64,000 bases of DNA, taken from positions 3,720,001 to 3,784,000 of the forward strand of contig JBLDXI010000017.1 in the NCBI GenBank assembly GCA_047495785.1, in the 5' to 3' direction. Below the pieces are notes generated by a model. The model did no database searches and had not been told where the DNA came from. It saw only the letters and a list, made by a program, of their open reading frames with translations. The stretch is from Lepidodermella squamata (lineage: Eukaryota; Animalia; Gastrotricha). Position 1 is the first letter of the stretch. Every line of letters begins with the position of its first letter. Position numbers and translations under genes: made by a program. Positions 51,001 to 64,000 of the stretch are shown here, piece after piece.

Positions 51001-51939
51001 CCTAGCGCGAGACAGAGACTAGAAACTAGAGGCGCTCATCCAAATAATAAGGTAACAGCTCGACCGGAGCCGAATGCCTTCTTAAACCCCCATATAGGCA
51101 AGTGTGACAAAGGTATATTCAAGCAAATTTTAAATTCCTACTAACCTCGCTTTCCGCAGCCATAGTTTCCGCCCGGTTGGCACGCTCGCGTTCAGCGTCG
51201 AGAGACGCCGTTTCAGCATCTTTCGCTGAAGAAGATTGCTGGAGAGCAAATAGTCGAGCCTCTGTCTCCCGCAATTGATTACGCAATCGCTCAATCAGCG
51301 GTCTACCAGGCTGATACGATTCGTCACGCTGATGTTGCAGCTGCTGTTCCGAGGACACGCGGTGTGGGGCTTTGTCCCGCCTCGGACTTGCTGAACCTGA
51401 AGCTTCGTTGAACGAGGGCGAAGTCAACCGCATACGCAGCTCGCGAATCTCCTCGTTCTGGCGCTCTTTATCGGCCAGGATCGCCTCAATTTTGCTTTCG
51501 TATTCAGCTCGCAGCGATTTCTTCTCGGAAACAATGAGCTGCTCCAGCCTGATTTTCTCAGCAGTGATAGTTGCCAACGATTGCGACAACGTTGAAATTT
51601 GCTGGCGCGATGTATCTTCGCCACTACTAGATGAGGCTATTTCGGCACTTCGAGGAATGAGAATTAAAGTTGCCTTAATTCAAGTACATTAATGACTTAC
51701 TTTGAAGTTGGCAGGGAGGATGCATCGCTTGGAGCCGCAGAGGCATCGGCGCCTTCAGCCTTGCTTGGCTGGGTGAGAACTTTGAGACTAGCCTCAAGTG
51801 CATCTTTTTGCTTCATCAAGTTCTTGCAAGCGGCAACTGTATCATGAAGACGGCGCTCGTAGCGTTTCATCTGATCAGCCTGCTGCTCGACCAGGCCGAT
51901 AAGCTCATCCTTGGAGAGCCTTGACAAATCACGTGCCAT
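48009..51939 (-). CDS. GCC1: GRIP and coiled-coil golgin GCC88; exons 51939..51701, ~51627..51146, 49169..48009
   Basis: N-terminal SKDELIGLVEQQADQMKRYERRLHDTVAACKNLMKQKDALEASLKVL matches the GCC1 N-terminus. Coiled coils follow, then C-terminal GRIP-like LEFVRQVLMRHL...TLATALSF. Confidence 0.85.
49400..51050 (+). mobile_element. Internally deleted, decayed non-LTR retrotransposon (ORF1-like + RT) in GCC1 intron, antisense to host
   Basis: RT motifs LLDVIGKVFAKAI, DKYQVGF, FVDRTKAFDTVDRE, GV*QGCVLGPILF, AYADD with stops and frameshifts. An RRM-like ORF1 remnant lies at about 49548-49757. Confidence 0.88.
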
Positions 51940-52722
51940 TTCGCTACCACATATTCTTATTATTAGAAATGATCTAAAATAAACCATGCATTCAACCTTT
52001 AAAAGTGCAGTTTTTTTATATTTCTAGCCTAAAAACTAGAAAAACTTTCTCGTTTAGTTTGGATGTTGATTATCACCAGATGAGTTGGCAAAGATAAATT
52101 AAAGCAGCCATGAATCGAACATAAATTGAGCGCAATTTTCGGCAAAAACATGCGTTAATGGATTAGGAACGGCGCCAGCTTTTCTCGCATGCAGCTACAG
52201 CATTCGATAAACTATGAGCAGTATAATCATTTATGTAAGTAACAAAACATTCTCGTCGTGTGTACATGCGAGAAATGAATAGCATTTAAAAACATAATAG
52301 AGCAATCATCCGAATTTCATGGAGTTCAGCAAAATCACATTTTTGTATTGCGCGTTGTTGCGCTAGGAAATCTCACAACTTGAATCAGCAGTCAATGATT
52401 TCAGGTGTCACCAAAAATAATACATAACAAGCAACAAATTAATGACGCGCCCAGTTTAACGGTGGCATATCAGTCAAAAAATTCACATAAAAAAATCGTG
52501 ACAAAGCAAAGATTTAACAGAAGCGGGTTTTGAGTAAAATTGATACAAACCCCGCCTCCTTCTCGCTTCTGTCAAAGCACATGCAGCTAACCACACCGCG
52601 TTGTTATCATAAGATTTTGTTGTTAAAAAATCACAGCATATTATAGGCAAAGTGCGATTAGGCAATATGTGCAACAAAGTTTTGAATGTTCGACTAGGTC
52701 GTCATTACAATCAAGGTCCGCA

Positions 52723-54644
52723 TCAACTCGCAGTGCTGTTCATCAACACCGATGATATTAGGCGTGGCACGAACAGATCAAGAACCGGATCTTCAGGGAA
52801 AAGACTCGGATAGCGTTTTCTAGCGGCCCACTCCATGGTATAGACGCAGATCATCAGCGCGTTTCCGACTATCATTGCGACCCACATAGCCACGTTCAGC
52901 GGGCGGTTAATGCTCGACGCTTTGGGTGTCACGAAAACAGCCAGCATGCCAGTGATAAACATCGAAAACTCGAAGAAGGGCAAGTAGAATCGCATTGCCG
53001 ATACCAGAATGTACTGGTGGAAGAAGCATGAAAGGAAAAACACGGAAAAGGCAGCCACGATCCTGGAAGAAATTCTATTAATTTCAACAGGACTTGATTC
53101 TGAGGCTAACCTGTATCCAGGACCCATGAGCCTGATGACATCTGAGTAGACGTATGCGTGCAACCAGTCGTGCACCACTCTATTCCAATCGCGATAGTAG
53201 GCCGAGAAAGACACAGCGTTCCACCAATCTTTGTAAAACTCGCGGTCGCCAAATCGCAACATTTCTGCAAACGCATTAAGCCAGGAATGGAGAAAGCCGT
53301 AGTGCCCGAGAACAAAAAGAAGAATGCCAGGGGTGGCGCAACGGCTCCAGCTAACAACAAACGTAGCCATTGAAACCTCGGCAGGACCGGCCAAAATTTG
53401 AACTTCCGGCATCATATACCGAGACGTCAAATAATAGCAGTACAAGACGCATAGAACGACCTAGATTAGAATTCATCGCTGAGAAAATTGATTTTTCATA
53501 AATAAAAAACTATACCTGAGAAAAATTTGTGAAAACGAAGTACCAGTTTATATGGCTTGTACGGGGATAGTTATCGCGATACACAAGAGTTGGCGCGAAC
53601 AAAAAGTAGAAATAGTTGCTGAAATGCCTCGTGTGGCTTAATTTAACAGGCTGCGACTCTGAGATAGTCTTCAAAGGCGTTTCCTCAACGACAGCTTTGG
53701 AATTGCTGCGAGATCGCGATCCTGCATGGTTTGAGCGAATACTCGCTTTACGCTGCGTCACTTCCTGTCCCTTTGAATGATCAATGCTAGCAGCAATGTT
53801 GTCGATTTCATGCTCAATAGGTTCAACCTTGGCCTTTTCTGTCAGCGCAGGTTTATGGAAAACACGTCGAGTATTTTCCCGAACAAATGCGTGAATTTTC
53901 ATCAACAAGCGAGTTTGCTCACAGGCAAATACCAAGGCACTGCCGATCGCCATGTGCTGGCTGACAATAACGAAGCGACATGGGATTGCAACGAAACAGA
54001 ATTCGTAACTTATCCATAAACCGAGAAAAGCATAGTCAACAAAAAGCTGACTCTCCGAGAAAACATCACGCATGAAAATCCACGACTGAAACAAAGGATA
54101 AACAGCAATTGTAGCAGCCATCAGAAGCACCCATGAAACGGCAACAATGGAAAAATTTCCGAAAGCCCAGTAGATAAGCTCTCCTTCAGGTAGAGCAGCA
54201 CGCAAACTGCCCGCCTCGACTGCGTCGTTGATGGCAGTGTTGATCGCCCAACAAATAATCACAGCAACAAAGATATTTTGAAGAGTCCGAAAATGACTGA
54301 TATCGAACAATTCGGAGAAAGTAGATCGCCGATAAGCGAATACTTTATCGTATAATCCTTTCCGTTTTTCCACAGGTTTTACAACGTCCCTTTTCTTATC
54401 TTTCAATGCATGACTATTCTGTGAAATATAGAAAACTTGAATTCAGTAAGAAGTATTTAACGATATGTACACGCACCGAAAGATGTAAAACTTCAGAGAA
54501 CGCTTCCAATAAACATTGATCAATGTGACTAGCCAATTGCTGACGCAAGATTTTCATGCGGCCTTCAAGCTGATGCACAATGCCATTCCCATATTCATAG
54601 TGGTCTGCTAACGAGAGTGTTGGATCGAGAACAGCACCACTCAT
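52723..54644 (-). CDS. SOAT1: Sterol O-acyltransferase (MBOAT), 3 exons
   Basis: CEQTRLLMKIHAFVREN, YFLFAPTLVYRDNYPRT, FLHSWLNAFAEMLRFGDREFYKDWWN, WNRVVHDWL, catalytic His in FFHQY. Confidence 0.93.
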
Positions 54645-54832
54645 AGCTTGACGTGGTAAATATAATTTATAACAACGACTAAATTGTGGGCGAGTGCAAT
54701 AGAGTGAACATTGTATGCAAAAGACATTTCATGTAAATACAATCCTCTTTTATTGCTAGGCGCTTAGAACAATCAAAATTATCCTCTCACACGTCTCGGC
54801 GGTGTAATTCTCTTCCCATTTAAACGCCAGCT

Positions 54833-55297
<465 letters not shown>

Positions 55298-55519
55298 TCA
55301 AGTCAGATTAGAAAGAATGCCGGTTATTAAGCGTCTGCACCCTCGTTTACATTTTCGCTGCCTTGCAAGCGGATACAATGATTTGCGCAGTTAGCTGTCT
55401 ACATTCGTTGTTGTCACTAATAGGTCGCGAATCAGGGATAAGTTCTGTCAAATGATCTCATTGTTAACATTTCATACAATTCTCTCGAGCCTTTAGCTTT
55501 CAAGTACGATAATTCAAGT

Positions 55520-55721
55520 ACGATAAACATCGAGAGCTATATTGAAGAACCTCCATGTAAAATTCTCCTGAAGGGAATCAATAGCGAGAATGACTTTACA
55601 CGTTTGAAGGAAGCTGCAGCAGATCGCGAGCATTGGAGGGCGGTGGTGGAACCCGCGGCCTCCCCTGCCATGCAATGAAATGTTGACTAACATGAACACT
55701 AATACTACTACTACCTACTAC
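55520..55721 (+). mobile_element. 5'-truncated RTE-like LINE 3' end with (TAC)n tail
   Basis: LKEAAADREHWRAVVE is the A.DR..WR C-terminal motif of RTE-type ORFs. It is followed by a stop, a short UTR and an imperfect TAC repeat tail. Confidence 0.7.
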
Positions 55722-56262
55722 GAAGGGAATGGTCGGTGGTGGGTGTTGGTATCCTGGTTCTTCGTAAATGCTCAACTAGTTTCAACTGCAATACTCAATT
55801 TAATAACGGTAAATGTTTGTTGATGATTCTAGCCAACAATCAAAAACATGCACTGGTGTTATGTTACAAGTTAGAGTTTAGATCCCGGGTCACCGCGGAG
55901 GTTGTATTTTACACCGGTACAACTCGGTATAAAGATGAATAGAAAAGCATCAAGATTTAGACTTCAAGAGCGACGAATTCAAGAGCAATAAAGAATGAAG
56001 ATGTTAATTTTTAGAATTAAACAGGTGCGAATTAAATTTTAGCAATTCATTGAATTGAACTGCGACGCAAAACTCATCGGAGATTCGGTAAGATCCAAGC
56101 TGACACTCGAAGTAAGGCGTGTAAAAAAACAGCGCGTACTGCATAACATAAAAAAAATCAACAGTTATGTTTTGACATATAATAATTCCAAAATATTGTA
56201 TAAATGTATATTTTTATCTTCACAGTCGTAATTATGAAACTTAAAAATGATTTTAATCGAGG

Positions 56263-56284
56263 CACGTGGTCGGCGCAACACGTG
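56263..56284. promoter_or_regulatory. Tandem CACGTG E-boxes in putative divergent promoter (UBA52 cluster / snoRNA host)
   Basis: CACGTG at 56263-56268 and 56279-56284, in a GC-richer island between AT-rich flanks. Confidence 0.4.
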
Positions 56285-56378
56285 CGCAAGGGCTGTCACG
56301 GGCCTTAAAAGGCTTCGACATAGGCCGCTTTTCGATCGAATCAAAATCGAATCGAATGGAATAGGGCGTATGGCGGTG

Positions 56379-56790
56379 CTTTCATCCCTTAGTGTTTCGT
56401 GCTCAGCTTACTTATCCCTGTTTCATGTCGAATGTCGAATGTCGAGTAGATGGTGAGAACTATCATTGGCTGTAATTTCAGGTAGGTATCATTTGAATAT
56501 TTTACCATGTCAGCAAATCCAAGTTTCCATGATGCTCTATTGCATAGTTCAACTGTTTCTTTATGATGACAATCCTGTATTATTCTGATACATCCAAATC
56601 TTTAATTTTTAGCTGCATTTGATATTTAGTTTTCTATTAACATTTGTTCTTTGCAGGTTCGACTTGTTCCCTGGCCTCTAGTCACTGCAATACGACGTGC
56701 TTTGTGTACAACTTTAAACTTGAATGTTCAATTATTTGTGAACTTAACTGTGATATTCGGCTAATAAACTGATTGGCAATAAATGGAGTT
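56379..56790 (+). ncRNA. Putative short spliced non-coding snoRNA host transcript
   Basis: Pyrimidine-rich start (CTTTCATCCCTT), donor-like GTGAGA 56452 and GTATCA 56486, acceptor at 56656, two AATAAA at about 56763 and 56778, no convincing ORF across the splice. Confidence 0.45.
56525..56592 (+). ncRNA. Candidate box C/D snoRNA, snR39/SNORD51-like (guide for 28S Am equivalent to yeast A807)
   Basis: C box ATGATGc 56529, guide GCATAGTTCA 56542-56551, D' CTGT 56553, C' ATGATGA 56563, D CTGA 56585. Located 68 nt upstream of a TTTGCAG acceptor. Confidence 0.65.
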
Positions 56791-58564
56791 TCGTTTCTCA
56801 ATTACCTCAGAGCCAATGAAGAACCGGCAGAAAGGGCTCAGAGCGGTTACCTAAGCAAAGCTACGAAGATTTCAGGAACCAGTTGACATTTGACTCGAAG
56901 AATTTCGTACAACAAGATGATCAACTCATAACGAATCAGTATAACGTTCAATAATAATTCTTGATTTATTATACTTTGATTTTACTACTATGCCAGCAAA
57001 CTACTCGCACTTGCAAGTTGATCTCGTGAATAATACCGCAGTTACTGAACATTAGTGGGTTGAAGCTGGGAGTCTAGTTTCTGACTCCGATGAATATATT
57101 ATTAGCGATTTTATCCTCCATTGTTGACGCCGACCATATATTGCTTAGTGACTGAATTGTTTCTAACTTGGACCAATCAGTTTTAAACAAAATCTAATCG
57201 AAGCATTGGATACCATATTTCTCGTACACAAAATTTATTCTTTCACTCTATGCGAAATCATAGTTTCCCTATTTCGAAAGCAATCAGGTCTTGTCGAATA
57301 GGCATAACAACTTCACAAAACGGTAACAATTAAACAATATAATAACGATGCCATGTCAGAGAAGCTACACAATAAGTGTTGAACAAATTGTGCAGCTTAA
57401 CGCAAGGAAGATAAACAAGAGTACATCAGTTCAGCTGCAAGCTATTGCGTTCGCCGACATCTTATACAGCAATCAAATTCATCAGTGCTAGATGCAAATA
57501 ATACTTACAACGCGGCAAAACAGCTGAAGGAGTGGCCGTAACATAAAACATAAAATTCGCATTGATCCACGAATAAAACATAATGGCCTACTCATGCACG
57601 TGAAAAATAAAATTTTATCGCCAGTCTCTGCCGTAGAAGAGGACTTGCTCTACAGCAAACATGTTGTGAAATTCGACTAACTTGCTTAAATAAAAATTAA
57701 AGGAGACAAACGTTTACCAATCGTTGACATGCAAGCATGATTATAGGTTCGATGACATAATCTGGATTGTATTGTAATAGCGTGTCTTGATAAAGAGACA
57801 GATATAAGCATAAGCGATGCAGAACGGTTCTCTTTTGTTTGCTCGAGAATTTGTATCAACCGTTTGAAGGCAAAGCAAGAATCGACCATAAACCAAAGCA
57901 CCATACCAATAAGCGGCGCTGAAAATCGTATCAATAAACACATATCGATAATGGAAAAGCGAATGACTTTAAGAAAGATAAGCTCAGGTATGTCAATCAA
58001 ATAATTTAAAACAGGATCGCTCTGCTTATAGGTATAATTATTTGTGTACTAATTATAGCAGAAAGTATGAAACATAAAAGCGCAACAAATGTTACGTAAT
58101 AGCTCGACCAAGAGTTAAAAAGAGAGCATATGGTTTTATCCATTATCGAGAAATAGCATCTCGTCAATATTAGGTAATAAAATATCAATACACAATTCAA
58201 ATTTGTGATCGTACCGCAACGATATGAGCGCACAGAATCACAACATACGCCATAGTCCACAACAAATATATGAAGTATGGTCCTTTATCGACGGGGCACA
58301 AAACACGGTACCAATTGTTCGGCAGTTGAGTTCACATTGTCAGCATGCGACTCTAAAAACAAAAAAACGAACATTTATTTAAATAATTTGACGATTAAAT
58401 GGGTGGTACAACGCAAGCATTGCACAATTGCGGATATATAAACACAGATTTCCCGCAGGAATAACATTTTAGTTAATTTCGCTGGAAAGGCAAAAGCAAG
58501 CTCCAGCTTGATCAATAAAATTTACGGGCAAGCTTTCAGGCGAATGGCACATACTATGAGGGCG

Positions 58565-61500
58565 TTACAAATATGTGACTTCCGACGTCCCGGGTTTCAC
58601 CACAATATCATCTACATCCATAGGGACGGGTATCTCGTTCACATTCGCAACTGAGGGCTGAAAAGATTGGCGCTGTTGATTGTGGTCGCGATGATGTTGA
58701 CGGCGCTGCTGCTGTGAAGACGGCGGCGCCTGATTAGACGCCTGCTGCAGTGGTGGTAGACGTAAAATGTTCGACCACTGAGCGAGAACACGCCGACTTA
58801 AAGCTATATATATATCAGAAAACGCTTTTTGAAATCGCATTGCCAAGGCTTACGCATGCATTAAGGCAGGTACGTTCACTACAGAAGCAACTCGCAGCTT
58901 ATTATTTTTTTCGCTCATGCTAAGAACGCCGGGATTTTTAGAAAAAATATTAGGTAGCAAACAAACATCTACAGCCAACGTCTTGCCACTGCGGAAGTCC
59001 ACGCTCGGTGCGCAGTTGCTCCCACGTATCGTCGTCATTTTCATCGGTCCACCATCGAGTGGCTCGACCTGTCGCAGCTTCGAGACGCGACTCCAAAGAC
59101 CGTAGATCACACCAAGCAGTATAATCCTGTGAATCATAAGTATTTGTTGACAATTCCATGATACAGCGAAGATTGACAAACCTTGCTAAACCAGTCGTGT
59201 TTCAATGCCTGATTGCAAGCCCAGCGAATGCGTACGCGGTCGTCCATTAGACGCTATTAATTAAACATCTATAGATGGGCGCGGTCATTTCAAGCGAAAC
59301 TCACGCGTATAAGATCGACGGCTGATGACGAAATCTGACTCCAAGGGTCAGCAGGAAATAGAAATGATGCATCTCGGATTTGGCTGACGATGTCTTGGCT
59401 GGCGTTGTACGGGAAAACACCGCTGAGGCTGACGTAAATTATCACTCCGACCGACCACATGTCGAGGGCCTTGTTGAAGCGAGGCTTGGCTGTTAAAACT
59501 TCTGGGGCCTAGGGAGGAGATATTTTTGTCAGTCCAGTGTTGAAAATGAAAGCATCTTAAATTACCAAGTACGCAGGTGTACCAACGACCGATTGTCGGA
59601 AGGATCGTTCACCTATAATTCGAGAAAACCCAAAGTCGCACAGCTTAACTTGGGGATACGGATGTTCGGCCACAAGAAGAACGTTTTCCGGCTGACAAAA
59701 AAGGTAGAGAAAAAAGATTAAAGTGAAAGACGAAGTGTTCGTGCACACCTTTAGATCACAATGAACGATGTGGTTCGTGTGAAGATATTTGAGCGCGGTA
59801 AGTATTTGTTGAACCAGAAATTTGGTGTGCCGCTCGTCAAGGCGACTCTGAGGACTGTTAAGAATCAGGTCCAACATGCTGCAGGGTGAATGAAAACAGT
59901 TTAAAACACAGCGATGAGATTTTTTGAAACGAAAAGGCGTGAAAAACAGATTCTGGTTTAGGTTAACACTTAATGATGAAATGCTTACTCTCGCTCCAGA
60001 CGTTCCATACACACGTAGATCTTCTGCGCCGTATCGTAGAAGTCAATAAGGCTGACAATGCCCGGATGATTGATGCCCTTCAGGATTCGAATCTCTGGCA
60101 ACAGCTTCTGTTTTTCGATGCGAGCCGCGTCGATGACTTTCAAGGCAACGACGCGGTTGTCTCGGCGCGACGTCGCCAGATAGACAACGCCGAACTGCCC
60201 GCTGCCGAGCACTTGGTCCTGATGGATGTCGTAGAGATCTCGAATATTTACGGTGTCCCCAATTGAGGGTAGTACCGTACACAACTCTCGAATGCGCTTC
60301 ATCCACTGCATGGCATACTCACGACCTGAACCGCGCTGCATGTCGCAGCGGTCGGGCCGGCGCTTGTAAAACGTGGGGTCTTCGCCGCAGTAATAAATCA
60401 GAGACGGCATTCGGATTGTGAAAACATGGGGCATGTCGTCAAACGAGGGGTTCGCCGGGGCTGAGTTGGCCGCGGCCTGACTTGTCGGGCTCAGCGGCAC
60501 CGCCTCCTCGACGGCCACAACCTTGTCGAGCCCAATTTCCGCTTTTACCGGAGAGTTGGGCTCGTCGCTTTCGTGGAGCCACACGGCACGCGTGTCCAGC
60601 CTCCAATAATATCGTTCGTGCGCCGCATCGCGACTGTTGTAACACACCATCCAACCGCGACGCTCAGCTTCTTGAGCAGCTTTGTTCTGGTTCTTGCGCT
60701 TGATCGACGCGGAAATCGTCATGAGCGGTATCGGCCGGCCTTCCTCACCATCGGCGGCGGCACCGCCTCGCGGTGGGCGACCACTTTGATTTTTCGGCGA
60801 AGGAGCGGTGGGAGGGAGGGCATCACTGCCCGATGCTTGTTCAGACATGCCTGCAAGATCTGACGAACTGTCATCACCGTTCGGGGACATATCTGCAGGT
60901 TCTGGGGGAGCTGTAAAAAAAAACATGAAAGGCGATCATTTTGTCAAAAGGAAATAGATGAAAGCAACTAACGAGTGACTGGTTTACACGATTCACTTAT
61001 TTTCCCTTGACAAGTTCTATGGCAAGTGAATCCACAGTCGCGGCACTTTGATAATCGTAGACGACCTTGAGTAGCCGCGCTTTTGGCTGCACTTGTATTT
61101 TTTCCGCTGCAAACGTCGCACTTCTCGAAGTCTTGATCGTTCACGCTGATTTCATCAAACGTATGCGGCAACTGGTAATGAGAAACACACAAATAAATTA
61201 CAAGCCTATCACTATCACCCGTAGATCTATCAAAAGAGAGAGAGTGTGTCGAAAACGGAAAAGCAATTAATTTAAATGGGGACGATTCGAAGCATATCCA
61301 GTTGCTTGTTATAATTTTTTGATCAACAACCGAGATCACTGCAAAGCAACACGCTAAAAAATAATTGCAATCCGGGCGGTTTTATAACACTTGCTTTTGG
61401 AACTAATAGGAATTTAAAATAAGTATTCCAGGTGGTAATAAACATACGAAAAGGGCAATAAAAAGCCTCAACTCACTAGAAATTGGTCCGCGAGATTTCT

Positions 61501-62440
61501 AGGTTATCATACATGCAAGAGAATTTTTAGAATGGAGTTACCACGAAATTCGGGTTTAGTAAGGATCCTTGGAAAATTTTCACCAATGATTGCTTGATTG
61601 CGATTTCCTTGTGAAACCATGCAGATCAAGCACGTTAGTAGCAATAACCAGGGATAGATATGAGATCTAAGGTAAGAAAACGCGTTTATGCAGCGGATTA
61701 ACACACACATAGAGCTTTATAGTTCCCATAGAACTTTAAAAAGAGTACGTACAGCAGGTTTCGAGTGAGCAGCGATCGCCGATAGAGATAAGGTATGTTG
61801 AACCTAAATTTGTGTGTGCATCCGATTGATAAAGAACAATTTGCGTTGAAAAACGTCATAAAAGTCTAAGCTAACTCATTAATAATTTAAAGTCGAATCC
61901 TAATTTGTATAGTCGGCTATTGATTGGCGGGGCAAACATTTAGACGACGAGGTGTCGTTTGGGGGCGCAGACGCGTAACTGACCTTAGGAACGTCGACTT
62001 GGTGAGCGCCGGCAAACGTCAAAGTCGAGCGCTCGGAAATAGAGGGTGAAAGCGACGATTGAGAGTTTGATTGGTTATTGCGTGCGTTGTTCGGGCGGCA
62101 ATCATTCCCGACCTTCTGTCCACATCGCTTGTGGACGTTCATACCACAGTTGCTGCATTTTATACCCTGGAAAAAGCGCAATTCAAACTTGTATAAAGGC
62201 AGCAGAAGAATAAATTACTTGTCTGACGAGACCCCAAATGAATTCACCGCAGAAATCTGTCGAAAGAGAAGGATAAAAACAAACTTGAAGCGCGCGACGA
62301 CTCTCGAAGAAACCTACCACAAAAGTGCGGTGTTTTGTAAGTGTGCACCTCAAAATTATGACACGTAGCAACAGCGCCCGAAGAAACCAATGAGCCAGAC
62401 GAAGTAGACATTTGCGAATCCATACACAGCTTATTTGTAG
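58565..62440 (-). CDS. PRKD: Protein kinase D (C1a, C1b, PH, CAMK-type kinase), multi-exon; start codon not resolved
   Basis: C1a [33 protein letters not shown] (GWMVCYN..RYYWRLD), [62 protein letters not shown]-terminal EVTYL*. Confidence 0.93.
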
Positions 62441-64000
62441 GCACGTGAATGAAAAAAGAGCGCCTCGAACTTCAATCACTGTGAATGAAGCGCGTCGCCC
62501 GCTGAAAAGAAGCTGCTAGGGGTATTCCGCTTTCCAAAGAAGAAGTTCATACAAAAGATGTATAAATATATATGTAATATGTACCTAAGCGGATAAAAAA
62601 TCGTCAAATCAGTTATCAGAGTTCATCAGCTACAGCCGCGAGAATAAACCACGCTTATAAAAAGCGCATGTGTGAATTCACTTCGCGTGACTGTTTTTCC
62701 GAATTTAAACAGCGTGAAAGGGCGTCAAGCGCGCATGCGAACCGATGAAATGAATCTAAGAATCGACAAGCGGCTCAAAAGGGTGCATATGGTCGAGTGC
62801 GTCGCCAGTACGCCGTATTACTTTAGAAAAGAAACAATGCGGCTCCTGTTCTGCGCTTCGAATCAACTAATCTGGAAAAACAGCCGCAGACAACGAGGAA
62901 TTAGTTGCAGTAGCACAGTTAGAGAGACTAAATAGAAATAATATAACGCTAATAATCATGGTCGATGATAAGAAACAAAATAAATATCGATTTTTTTGTG
63001 CGCTTTTTAATCTAGCTAGGGCGATTATTGAAACTCAAAACGTAAATACAATGTTCTGCACGCGCAACTGTCTTCCTACGCATCCTTCCACACTTGTCGC
63101 CAGACGTTGTCATCCATTGGGGAGAGAGAAATCCTACCGCTTTTCTTTAGAGCGCCGTAGCTCATCATAGCGCAAATTCACCGCAACAAAGCCACGGACG
63201 ATATGTAGTTCATGAATGAATATCATGGGGCCTGGGCCTGTAACTGCCTATAGCCAAGCGCGAAATACATGCGAAAAAAATCATGCCACATCACTATTTC
63301 TCACGTTAACTAGATGTGCAAGAAATGGACCATGCGAATAGCGTTAAGTATACATATAGCGTAACATTCAAGTAGCCACGATACGACCATGACATGAGCA
63401 GGATATTTATGGGCCATCTATTTAAAGCGTTAGAGCGTCATCACAAAATTTTGACATTTTAGTAAATCAATAACGGCTGCAAACACTTCCGTACAGTTTC
63501 CGTAATATTTCATCACGAGTAATATGACAATGAGCTGAAACAGATCGATTCATAAGCTACTTCTTATCGCCAAATTTGACATACACGCGAGGGTCTACCG
63601 TACGCCACATATATACGCGAAAGCGCGAGTTGTTTCGGACGCGCCTCAGACTGCGGTGTAATGAACCAAACAAAAGCAGCTTTCCGAATTCACGCAAGGC
63701 ATTGTTTTCTTTAGTAATTCAGTTGTCGCATTTTCAGGCCCCGTGAGACAAAACCTTGCAATATAGGAACTGCCTGCCTATCAAATTTAATTCAGATCGC
63801 GTAGTGGTGGTTATTTGTCGATAACAGGGCGATAAAAGATTAGAAAATTTGTCTGCATTCGCTCCTTTGATATGCAATCTAGCGACTGCTAGGAGAGCTA
63901 ACTATCGATCGGCAGCTAGAATGCTACCTGGCGGCACACGCTCGTATATACGCTATATATTGACATCTGCGCAAAAGCAAAATCACATGCGTCTCTACTC

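Noticed and set aside
62440-64000. Candidate first exons of protein kinase D
   Set aside because: Several splice-like sites exist, but I could not assemble a frame-consistent N-terminus.

Overview
Eukaryotic (metazoan, invertebrate-type) genomic DNA from a very compact genome: about 17 intron-containing protein genes in 64 kb, with mostly 40-80 nt GT-AG introns. Genes in order: patched-related SSD protein (5'-truncated), DPY30, GSK3, an SKA2-like coiled-coil ORF, calcineurin B, a two-repeat Cys/His-finger orphan, an S/Y/G-rich orphan, an ankyrin+IQ (inversin-like) protein, delta-tubulin, PELP1-like, WDR45, POLD1, HELQ, an SLC6 transporter, HSPBP1, GCC1, SOAT1, UBA52 and protein kinase D. The main finding is two minus-strand, four-gene co-directional clusters (POLD1>WDR45>PELP1>TUBD1 and UBA52>SOAT1>GCC1>HSPBP1). 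Four of their six junctions share one architecture: AATAAA, 40-68 nt, an unpaired YAG acceptor, then ATG 9-34 nt later. This is the signature expected of polycistronic operons resolved by spliced-leader trans-splicing. Also present are a candidate intronic C/D snoRNA (snR39/SNORD51-type 28S guide) in a short non-coding host transcript divergent from UBA52, and decayed non-LTR retrotransposons inserted antisense to their host genes. Exon boundaries were read by eye and family calls come from recalled motifs; no database search was run.
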